The notes beneath the pieces are model-generated. The model was given only the letters and a program-made list of their open reading frames with translations. It searched no databases and was not told the origin of the DNA. Position numbers and translations under genes: made by a program. A stretch of 44,680 nt of DNA from Klebsormidium nitens (lineage: Eukaryota; Plantae; Klebsormidiophyceae). Numbering within the stretch: position 1 is the stretch's first letter; the number at the start of each line of letters is the position of its first letter. Below are positions 9,442 through 21,400 of this stretch, piece after piece. The stretch is from NCBI GenBank assembly GCA_000708835.1, contig DF237622.1:1-44680 (forward strand), written 5' to 3'.

Positions 9442-12400
9442 ATGAGTACGATAGATAAGATGCTCATTAAGGGCATTCGCAGCTTCAGTCCGGACAACAA
9501 AACAGTAATAGAGTTCTACAAACCACTGACTCTGATTGTTGGAGCCAACGGCGCTGGCAAGACGGTGAGCACTTCTAGAAAGTCTTCCTCAATATCTGTG
9601 CGGCTCATGCTGCGACTCATCTCTTTCATCTGGTTGTAGATTCCTTTGACATATGGTGGCACACAGTAGACAGCATTGCATGTTCTTTGTCAGCAAACGT
9701 TGTAAGAAGAGGCACTATGGACAGTGACAAATTTTAAAGTGGAGGCAATGAAGTCTAGATACGTACTTTTGATCTGGTAGCAAGTCGAGTCTGGTTGCCT
9801 TGTCTCCTTTTTGCCCTAGAATTTCTGCCAGGAGATCTTCAGTCAGAGTCTAATGGTATAGATATGACTAATTCCAGCAGGCTGGTTGCATACGTGACTT
9901 GTTTCAGACACACAAAGACGCTCAATCTATTGTCAAAACTTTTCCTTGCAGACCATCATTGAGTGCCTCAAGCATGCTTGCACAGGAGAACTGCCACCCA
10001 ACGCCCGTTCCGGCCACACGTTTGTCCATGACCCTAAAGTGAGTAACACGAAGAGTAGTGCTTTACTGAATGGTGGTGCGCAGTTGTATGACAGCGGGGT
10101 TGACCGCTGGTAACAATCATAAATTGATAGTTTGCAGACAGAGTACAATAAGTGCACCTTTGCTTAGGTTACTTGTGAGCCAACCCCTCACTGCCCAGTG
10201 CACGTTCACAACTACTGAACTACAAGTGTGGTGGCTTTGTCAGGTTGCAGGAGAGACGGAAACCAAGGGACAGATCAAGCTTCGGTTCAAGACAACAGCT
10301 GGTCGCGATGTGGTCTGCATCAGATCTTTCCAGCTCACTCAGAAAGCATCAAAGCTTGAGTACAAGGCAGTGGAGAGTGTGCTTCAGACAATTGATCCTC
10401 GATCAGGAGAGGTAAGGTCCTTGAGCCCTGCTGTCCTTGGACTGACGGCCAAGCCTCAAGATCGAGTCGATTGTTCCTCTACCAAGATTGTATCTTCAAA
10501 ACTCTCCTGTATATATATTCTTCAGAACATGGATGTCTCTGGCTGAGGTTTTTCGAAAGGTCGTCTGGTGTTTCCTTGAATGCCCTCTGCTTCTTTCTCC
10601 AATATTGAAATCCTGATTGATCCTTGCAGAAAGTGGCTCTGAGCTATCGTTGCGCCGACATGGACCGCGAGGTGCCATCGCTAATGGGGGTGCCCAAGGC
10701 CGTGCTGGAGAACGTGATCTTTGTCCATCAGGACGAGGCTAACTGGCCACTTGCGGAAGCAGCGGTCTTGAAGAAGAAGTTCGACGAGATCTTTTCAGCA
10801 ACAAGGTGAGGGATTCCCAGCGGTGCGTCAGAACTGATCCGGTGACAACCTGATGGCAGCAGACTGTCTGATCTAGGTCGTTCTTTTCCACAAGAATTTT
10901 GCTTGATCATGGATAGTGGCTCGCTGGTCAAGAAAGTCCATATCAAAAAATGGGTGCTCTGCTGGAAAAGAAAACTTCGTATTGTTCTGAAGCATTACGG
11001 TCAGCTCACCTCCGTTGTCGCATGCCTTAATGCAAAGCTCTGAAAACGAGCTTCCTGCCTTACAGGTACACGAAAGCTCTTGAAGTAATAAAGAAGCTGC
11101 ACAAGGAGCAGGCGCAGCAAGTGAAGGAGTACAAGCTGAAATTGGATCATCTTCAAACTCTTAAGGACGCAGCTTTTAAGGTACTGCACAACGTTCCAAT
11201 TCGCATGATATCATTGAGTTTGAAACTCGTCCTGGCTTCTGGCAAGCGATTGCTACACTCTATCCTAGTTTGAGCCGCTGCCAAGAGGGTTCATCTCCTT
11301 TTGAAAGCAATCTGATAGGTATTATACCTAGCTCTGCCGTTTGTGACTGTGAGGCGGGTTTGAATCATGAGCACGTCAACCAGAACTTCTTTTGAATCAT
11401 GAACCGAAGGGAAAGTCCATTCCTTTTGCAGCTGAACTCAGACATCGACACGGACAACAGCAAGTCGGCGGCCCTCCAATCGAAGATCAAAGAACTGGAG
11501 CAGAAGATTGCTGAGCGCCAGAGCAGGATTGACAATATCAAGAGTGCTCTCCGGAAGATGCAAGCGTGGCAGAACGACATCGAAGTGAAGGAAGGGACGC
11601 GAGCGGTTCTTGCTAGACAGAGAGATCAGCTGTACAACGCCCTTGAAGAGGAGAGCGACGGTGAGCATCTGGACTCCACCTCGAGGAGGTGAAGTTGACA
11701 CCGAGTTCTCAGAAACCATGACGTCACTACTGCGCTGATGGAGCACTCTCTCCTGGTTTTGGATGGGGCTCGTTATTGCAATCACGGTAAGAATAAAGTG
11801 AAGATGATGGTGAAACAATGTCAGAGTATGTCCAGACTGCTGCCGCCATTGACAATCTCGAAGAAGCCGGCTGACTCTACGTACTTCATTCCCATAATGT
11901 CATTCCCATGACATTATGTGTACTCAAGTGAGTCCTCGTGGTCAGTCTAGAATGCCCTTTCCTTTCGCAGAGTCGACCGAGGAATTGAGAACCTTCCAGG
12001 AGGACTTTGCGAAGACCGTCGCCGGCATGCGCATCCAGGCGGCGAAGCTGGAGCGGCAGCTGACAGACGCGCAGATGCAGGACCAGAGCGAGAAGGAAAA
12101 CTTCAACAGGCTGCAGCTGATGAAGGGCAAACTGCAGGCGGAAGCAGAGGTGAACAATCAAAACTTCCCTGGATATCGCCGGGGGATTCAGAATTGTCAT
12201 GTTTCTTGGAGGTCAATAGGGCGCTTTGTTTTTATTGATCTGGCGTCCAAGCTTGAGACAACCCGAGAGTTCGTTTGTGAGTCGCAAACAAAGCGAACAA
12301 CGAATGTTCCAAGCATCAAATGTGCCCGTCTCAGGGGTTGACTGTCAGTGCTAAGAAACGAAGGCAGGCTGCGAATTCGATCACGTCTCTGCACCAGAGC

Positions 12401-15400
12401 ATCCGACACGCAGATGGACAAACTTCTTGTCTCCGACTAACCTGACTCGGTGTAAGTGCAGACCTGCAACAACGACAGGCAAGATCGGGACAGGCTCATC
12501 CAGGCCTTGGCGGCCAAGCACGGCATTGCTGTCGAAGGGGCCACCCCTTTCCCTGATCAAGCGGCCTCCGCCTTCTTCGACAAAGCACGACAGCAGCTCG
12601 AACAGCTACAGCGGAGTCTTCAGCAAATGAAGGTTAGCACCTTGTTGAGAGCGGTTTTCCCTTAGACCTCAACGTTCTGATACGATGGGTTTGAGATCTT
12701 AAGGGGCTTCAGGTTGCACTCGATCGTCGCAACCGCAGGCTTTGTGTCAAGCAGACCCGAAAATTGGTTTCACATATATTTTTTTCCCTGGTCGGTTGAT
12801 ACGATGTTGTGTTGGTTTTGCAGGCTGTGAACAAGAGAAGAGACGACGAGCTTACTTCCAACTGGGAGTCCCTCCGTAGCCAATTTCTCAAAGCAGACGG
12901 ATCCATCAGCCTGAAGATGCAACAAAAGGTAGGACTGAAGGCACTCGCATGGCACGCCAGCTACGGGGTGAAGGCCCGGGTTCTTCTCCATTGCTCCACA
13001 AAGCTTCTGCCATCAGTTTCAGTCGGAATTGTCTGCGAGCGTAGTGATCGCAAGCATTTGATATCGACTGTTCACATTGAGAAAGAAAAGTTCCCAACTG
13101 TGCAGGCCGACAATGAAGACAAGCTCGAGGGCTTTGGAAGGCTGCTCCAAGATGGACCAGCAATTGAGAGGGCTTTTGAGGAAACTGCGGAGAGGGTAGA
13201 AGAATTGGTAAGTCGTCAACCAAAGGAGGTTGAGCAGAAGCAAAAGCACATTGCTTTAGCAGCGCGAGGACTCGCGGAGGCATCGTCCTCGGATGTGAGC
13301 ACTGTCGAGCTCCTATAGTACAGGGTCTGCTTTAGCAATCCTGCGAGACCACTTATTTCCTACTTTTTTCTTTCGAGGCCGGAAACCGGCTCTCGTTGTC
13401 CATGTCACGTCCGCTCAATTCTTCAGCGGCTAATGAATGTTCCCTGTCACCACTTTGAGACGAGACAGCTTTTTCGTCGGGAAGTCCTCGTAATCGAAGC
13501 AGAAAAAGGAACGAGCGTCTGTAGCGCTCCTTGTGAGGCCATTCTGCCTCAGCTATAACGTTCCGCTGCTTGTGCGCAGCAAGCGGAATACAACCGGAAA
13601 GCGGAGGAGGCGGAGCGCGAGAAGTACGACGAGAAGATACAGGATGTGGACCGAGAGCTGCTGGCCGTGCGGCAGCGAATGGCGGATCTGCAGAAAGAGA
13701 AAGACCAGATGAACGCGGAGACGGCGGACCGAGTGCAGCTGCGCATCAAGAAGCAGGACCTACAGGAAAAGGAGAAGAGCTACAAGCAGATGTGAGCAAA
13801 GATATGCAAGACTCGCTTCCTCCTCTGCTCCTGTAGTGCCGTTCAATCTTTAAAAACGACCCGTGGATGTCTTGGGCTGTGGCTGCTGCCTGAGAATCAG
13901 GCCGTCACCGCTCCCCGTTCTTGAGGGACGACAACGTCGCAATTGAGCTACTCAGTCACTCTTTTGAGCACTCTTTTCCATCCTCGGGATAATGTCTCAA
14001 TTGAGATTTTAGAACGGAGGCATCTGGCCCTTCACACGTTACTGATCGAATCAAAAGCGTCGATACTTAAGTCGTCTCTTCCTTCGTGCAGCATGAGCGA
14101 GCAGCAAGCAAGGCTGAAGAAGGCCTTCCACGGTCGGGTGCCGGAGGCGCCTAGGCTTCTTGCCGAGATGAAGAGCCTAACGAAGTAAGTTGACCACTTG
14201 GTATTCCAAGGCCCTGCTAGAATTCAGAAGATGCCTAGAGAAGATATCTGAAAGAACCATTCATGACCAACTGAAGGTCCTTGATCTGCGCTCCATCTCC
14301 CTCTGGGTACCGCTCAACTCGTCTCCTTAATGCTTGCCGCGTTTCGGGCACATATGCACGACGCTAAGCTGAGTGTTTGCTTCGCAGCTCCTCTCGGAGC
14401 CAGTATGAGGCGGTCAAGCAGAAGTCGGACGACGAGGCCAAGAAGGTGGCAATTCTGGAGGAAAGGCACAGGGCGGCCGCCAAAACCCTGACGACACTTG
14501 AGCGGGAGATGGAGAGTGAGGCCGCAGTCTGGGCCTTGAAACCCCCACTCTTACCTAAGATTCCTTGGATCTGCCTTGGAATAAGCGTATCGTAATATCC
14601 TTGATGCCTTGGTTGTCGCATGTTGCTCCAATCAAATCATGAAAGTTTCGAGATGGTCGTCGCCGTGTGTTAGCCTGCTCTATTGCCAATCTGGTCGCCT
14701 TATATCACGCGCTTCTGAAAAGGCATGGCTGACTGCTCTCCGATCCTCAAACCACTGACCCGAGCGGATTCCGATGCAGGGACGAAGGCTTTCCTTATGT
14801 CGAATCTGCGAGGCCTGCTGGACGGCGACTACGAGCTGAACGAGTTCAAGGAGGCCAAGGAAGACACGGAGAAAGACGCGCTGACTGCGAAAGCGTAAGT
14901 CCAGCTGATCCTTGGCTGAGAAGAATGAGTGCTTCACCTGCTTCGGGCATAGAAACATTGATAATCATTGAAGAATTGATTCACGCGTTGGCCGCACCTG
15001 GACCATGTCGTCTCTCAGAGATATCCGGAGTCAAAGTCCAGCCGAATTCGAGCGGGATAGCGCTTGCTTCATCTCTATGTCTCAAGGAAAAGCTGTGATG
15101 CGTGTGGGTTTGCATATGTGATTTTTCAAGACCTCTGCATTGACATGAGGAGCTTGAAACACGGACAGTACCCGCGCTACAGGAATTTTGCTGTCGTGCA
15201 AGCGTCGGAGCCTCTATATCAACGCTACATCGACGGAGCAAAGAAGCAACACATCTGCGTCGTCTGCGAGAAGGGTCTGAACTCCAGGGAGGAGATTGCT
15301 TTCGTGTCCAAAGTAAGCCGCTCACGCTGCTTGTTATGGTTTTGTCGACCGTTATTAGGCCGTGCGTTTGCCGTGGCGTTGACGACCCGATCGGTGAAGG

Positions 15401-18400
15401 CGCTATTTACTTGCTCATGTAAGGTTGTAGGTGGTTGTTATCAAAAGGTCGAAGAGTAAGTGCGAAGCTGCGTGTGCAGTGGTTGCGATAGCAGGAGACG
15501 AAGAGGTATTGAAAGATCCTGGCAGACAATGTTTTCACGCACGAAATCTACTCGCACCAATCAGAGAAGACCCTTTTCACCAGCACCTGACCCCTTCCAC
15601 ATCAAAATAGAACATACTCTCATCTACTATAACGCGAGAATGAGAAGCGAATGATCAGCGGTTGAACGGTGCAGTGCCAGCGGATGAGGCAGAACGTAAA
15701 CAGAAATGGTTGATATTACGATGCTCATTGACATAGTAGTGGAAATCCATCTCCGTTTGGCGTGCAGTACGAGAACCAGAAGCGCACGATCGGCGACCAG
15801 ATGGTGCAATGCCAGCGGATGAGCGAGAACGCGCAGCGCACGCTGGACGCCATCCGGGACCTGGAGCCGCAGTACTTCGCGTTTGCCGACCTTCAGGAGA
15901 AGAAGCTGCCGGCGGCCGAAAGAGACGTGCAGAGCATTGAGGCGGAGCTGGAGAAGGCGCGGGAGAAATCAAATGATGTAAGGGAAATTTTGATCATTGA
16001 AAAGCGTTAGTAATTTTGGAAACTCACAATTGTAGGATTTTGACATCCATTACTCAAACTGCAGCATTGGGACAAGACCCCTATATCATTATCAAATTCA
16101 GGTCGCTGACAAGTGCCGAAGCGCTGCTGCAATCACCCGCGCAATAACCTCCTGAGTACTTAATATTCTGTTCTAGAGACGACTCTGATGACATTATCGT
16201 AGCTCAGAAGGACGGTACTCGGCTGCAGAGGGCTCGTTCGTTGCGTCTGAGACGACGAATGGTCTGGGAGGGGCGTTACCCCTTACTCTTGTGTGCTGAG
16301 TCTTGCTTTCAACAATTCCAACCTTGTCTTATAGGTTGCTCGCGTGCTTCAAGCAAGACTGTGTACATGCGATCGAACTACGAGACGCTTTGTTTGTGCT
16401 AAAGCGGATCCTTCGATGCTTCAAAGTTTGTCACCCGCTGCGTCTCGCACCCCTTTCCGTAGGCCTTAGCCGTCGACGCAGATTATTGTTCGTCCCAAGA
16501 CTTTTCGGGAGCTTGCGATCAGAGGGCCAATCACTTTCCTCCGCAACCAGCGGGTTATTAAAAGAGCTCGTCCTTCCATACTTCTAAGTAATCGTCCGGA
16601 AAGCTTCTTTCTTACGACACCAGGCTGCTCTTGAGCTGGTCAGCGCTGAGGTTGAGTTCCGCAAAGTAAGGAAGCTGGTGGCAATTGCCACAACAAATCA
16701 CCATCCGGTCCTCTCATGCCAGACTTCCAAGAGATTGACCGTAATCTTGCTCCTCCCTTACAACCCCATGCTGCTTTTGAGCTGCGGTCGAGTTCCAACA
16801 AGTGGAGAGGCTTTGAAACTACACGTCAGTTTCCTGAGAAACTGACCGGAAACCTTCGCCTAGGCCTAAAGCCTCTTATTTATACATGGAGCAAAAGAAG
16901 GATCAGCTAAACACTTTGCATGTTGACGCATAGAATTGCCTCTCATGATTTCAGGCTGCTTTCGAGCTTAGCAGCACCGAGGTCGAGTTCAAGGAAGTGG
17001 AGAAGCTGGAGGGCATTGCCATAACAGTCGTATCCTCCACGCCAAGAATGTCATGTGACTTGAAAACCTTTCTGCTACAGTCCCAGGCCGCTTTCGAGCT
17101 GAGCAGTGCCTACGTAGAGTTCTAACGAACTGACCGACAAATCTCTACTCCCTTTCGATCCAGGCTGCTTTGGAGCTGAGCAGTACCGAGGTCGAGTTCA
17201 AGGAAGTGGAGAAGCTGGAGGGCATTGCCACAACAGTCGACCGGTTGGTGCAAGAAGCCGCGGCGCTGCAGGACCGAATCAAGGACCAGGAGTTCAAGCT
17301 GGAGACGCTCTCCCAGGCGGCGCGCTCGGTTGCCGACATCAACACGGAGCTGGAAAAGCTTGAGGACGACAGGTGATGTCAGCAGCTTAAACGTCAGCAA
17401 TAAGTCAGCTGCAGACACCAATTGTACCTGGTGCCGTTTTGAGCGTCTTGTTTCTGTCGTGGTTGAGACCGATTTTCTTCGTTCCTGGTGGAGCTCCTGG
17501 GCCATCGTTCCCGCAAGTGCTGAGAAGCAGAAACGGTTCTTCCCGTCTGGATGTGGAAGCAGACTTGGGCTTTCTGGTGATTTCCCACCCGTAAACTTGG
17601 AAGATCCTCGATAACTAAATTGCTAAAGTCGCAAGCAACGCCGTAAAATCAGGTCGATTGGCAAGACCAACATGGTTGGAGGCGATGATGGCGGAGAAAA
17701 CATAGGGCGTTATGACCAGTTATGATTGCTCCGCTGCCTCACTTTGTGTGCACTTGAATTCCCAATGTGGGGCGTGCTTTCTTCCTATAGCGCACTTTAT
17801 GTTCTGGTGCTGGCATCATATGAATCTCGTTTCTGGGAATCCCTGAAATGCTCATGGTTTGGGAGGAGACACCCCCGAAACGTTGCCCGTAAGCGCTTTT
17901 TGTAAACACTTGTCGCCTCAGGAGATAACGCCCCTATTTACTTGCTTGAGAGTTCGCAGCGTCAGAGCTCTACCGGTTGGGTTGTTCCGTTCCACGGCGC
18001 CGATCCACTCGGCATCGATTACCTGCGGCTGCCCAGTCCAGTTCGTCTGACGGTCGGTTGCTCGGTTGTCCAAAGATCGAAGGTCCATATGTGGTGGAAA
18101 GGAAAGAACGAAAAATGCATGAAGAAGCAGGGGTCTTTGTTGTGTTCAGAAGCTGGCGAGGCAACGTGTAGCTTCCTTCTTGATTCTGGTTTTGTCGGTG
18201 CAGGGAAACGTTGGAGCGCAAGAGAAAAAGGATCCAGGAGAAGAAAGAGAGGGACAACAGCGAAGTGTCGGCGGCGCAGACCCGCTGGCGCAATGCTCGC
18301 GACGAGAGCTTTCAGGCGAACATCCAGAAGAACAGGCTGGACGACGTGCGGAGGCAAAGAGAGGAGACCGAGGCGTCGATCAACAGCCTGGGAATCGAAA

Positions 18401-21400
18401 TACAGGTAGGACAGAAGAGAGGCTGTGCTCGAACAGGTCTCTGCAAATGCGCCGGAAGGAAGCGCTGAATGGTTTGTTGAGTCAATTGAAGGGGGCCGCT
18501 TTGCGTGTGGAAGCTCTTATGGAAGAGTGTTTTCTTGGGGAGCTGATAGACTAGGAGAGCCAAAGTATCTCTTCATGAGAAATCCGTCATGTGGTTTGGG
18601 ATGGTTTTCAAGGATATGGAGGACCGACCCGTAATGGGTATCTAATCCTGGCTGCAAAGAACTCACTTCTAGAAAGTGTTCGCCTGCAGCTTGACGGCAT
18701 AGCTTCAACGTTGATGAGTTTCCTAACAGCTGCCGCTTTGAACCAGCGGACGCTGTGACAAGAAGAGGCAGGTAGCACTGCACAGCCACAGATCTGGGAG
18801 AATCCTTCTCCCAACTATGACATACTTGAGGTAGGATAACGCCGGCTGGCAGAGCGCGGGGGGGAATTGCGCACGGGTGCTCGAGGCGAAGTGGCAGCGC
18901 CTCTTCGCCTTTTGGCCATCCTTGACCGATATTTCTTTTACCCATCTCTCCAATGGAACGCAAGGTGACCGCGTCATCTGCTACCAGCACAATCAGGTTG
19001 CTGACGAATGTATCCACTGTGCGTGTCTTGATCAATACAGGTGCTGCAACAAAAGCTGGGGCCTCTACAACGGGAGCAGGACGCGTTACTGCGGCATCGG
19101 GACACGCACCGCGAGACGGCGCAGCGGGAGGAGGCGGCGGAGGACGAGAAGGGGCGCGCCATGCAGCGGGACGTGGACCAGCTGAGGGCGGTCAATGGGA
19201 AGATCTCCAAGTACGTGACTGCGACATCTGCTTTTTGGATCGTGAGATATTCTGGCTGTCTCTTTTGGTCTCGGTGGATGTGGCGCGTAAGAAGAAAGTG
19301 GGTTTTTTTGGACGTTGAATCCACAATAAAAAAGCCTTCTTACTTAATATTTGCCGTGGGAAACCCGGTGCGTGTGTTGAACTTCGTAGAATAATCTTTT
19401 TCAAAAGGTACACGTACGTCAACTTACGTCAACGCGACCTGGGTTGGTGATGTGCAACGGGCTACTCAAGGTGCATGCGGGATCCTGCATTCCTGTTGAG
19501 GAGCTTTCAGTCTGAGGAGAATTGCCGTTTGCTACGAAGTCGCTATTTGTCTAAAGGAAGCATTCTGCCTTGTCGAAGTCATCCTATTAGGTCGAGTAGA
19601 TCTTACACGTGCACGACGGCGCCTGTCGGTTTACACATTGAGGCAAGTGCTCTGTATGCAAATTTTGGGGTTTGTTGGACTGGAATCTGAGCGGGCGTGT
19701 GCCTCTTACTGTATGCTATATGTGCTTCTTGAATTTCTGAGAGGGGCTTAAACCCGGTAAGAGACCCGCCTCAGAGAAGTGATAGCCCGCAGGTTTCCTT
19801 CGTCGGCGATGCACGCCGACCAGAGAGTCTTCAACTGAGTAGGGAGAATATACAATCAGACTGAAGGGGGAGGAGGCACAGACTGAAGCAACGAGACACC
19901 CGCATCAGCCCGGCTATCTACCGACGTCCGTTTGCCACGCAAGCTCGGCAGATTCTTGAAAACATTCATGTTCTATAGGTACCTTTTGGCTGGGGGCGAG
20001 ACGAGGTTGCGAGAGACGCTGGAGAAGATCACGCGGTGCGTCGCCAACCAGAAAGCGTACGAGGAGACGATCTCGGAGCTCGGGGAGAAGCTCAAAGAGT
20101 TGAACAAGCAGGTAGGAAATCCACACCTTGGTCGAATCTTAATGGTATCCTCTTCGCCGACTCTAGGCTGTGTATTCTTTTCTGTGGGAAGAGCTGTGCT
20201 TAAATCGATCTTGTAAGTCGATTTCGTTGATACTTTCATCAACTCTGATGCTAGCCAGTGGCGTTAGAGAGCGGACTAAATAGAGTCAGGTCCTGGACGT
20301 GACGGATCCCTTTGAACCGCTCGTTCCACTGCAAGCGGCTACCTTGGCACGTCACACGACGCCCCCGCTAAGTCCTGTTCTAACATGATTTTCTGTCCTG
20401 TTTGTCTCATTGTCGACTAGATGAAAAGCGTCTGTTGTCGCGCATGTATTTTCCCGTACCTGAAAGATACTCGAGGAGAGAACTGAGAAATACCTTTCGC
20501 CAGTGTTACTCAAGGCCCACCCGTCTTTTCGTCTTTAGGTGCAAACGCAACATCGACGACAACCTGAACTACCCTTTTTCCTAGCGTTATCTCTGATCCT
20601 TTTCTAACACAATTCCATTCGGGACAACGGAAGTTTACGTTGTCTGTGTTTCTTATCGATTTGCAGGTGCAAGTTTACGTTGTCTGTGTTTCTTATCGTT
20701 TTGCAGGTGCAAGCGCAGGACACGATCAACCGCAACATCGACGACAACCTGAACCACCGGTCGGTGTTGGATCATGTTTTTTTTCAAGACCCTAAAAGGA
20801 AACCTTTAAACCCCTGACTAAACAAAAGACGTTCAAACCCCACCTGTCTTCGCAAAACGCAGGTACAAGCGCAGGACACGATCAAGCGCAACATCGACGA
20901 CAACCTGAACAACTGGTCGGTGCTAGATCGTTCGTCAGAATGTAATTACTGAAATACGAAAAAGTTAGTTTCTAAACTTCTAACAAAGGTTCGGAACCTA
21001 CTTGTCTCTCCTCAGCGCAGGTGCAAGCCCAGGGCACTATCAAGCGCAACATCGACGACCTGAACTCGTTTGGTGGTGGGTTCACTATACAAAAGATGTT
21101 CTCTCAAAGCTTAAAATAAAGACAGGAATATTTTGAGACACGAAGCTCCTAAATGATACATAAAACCCACCTACCTTTTGTTTCCAGGTGCAAGCGCAGG
21201 ACACGATCAAGCGCAACATCGACGACAACCTGAACTACCGGTCGGTGCGTGACGAGGAGCGGCGGCTGGCCTCGGAGATCGACGAGCTGCAACAGAAGGT
21301 GGTGGCGGCTGGGGACGACACCGGGCTCACCGAGGAGATCAACCGAGGGCAGAGTGATCGGGACACCATGAATGATGAGGTAAGATTTTTGTCATTCTGG

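Noticed and set aside
13208-13318. Extension of RAD50 exon 10 in the 12809-13318 ORF
   Set aside because: Read-through into introns. Splicing at 12928/13106 and 13207/13580 keeps the frame and gives a 1315-aa protein of normal RAD50 length.
18088-18150. Possible old ghost of the RAD50 exon 18 head ([12 protein letters not shown] versus [12 protein letters not shown])
   Set aside because: Both are purine-rich low-complexity sequences, so the similarity could be compositional.
20536-21247. CRISPR array (repeat-spacer look)
   Set aside because: The repeats are copies of a RAD50 exon head with splice acceptors, inside a eukaryotic intron. They are ~60 nt with 100-nt homologous spacers, and there are no cas genes.
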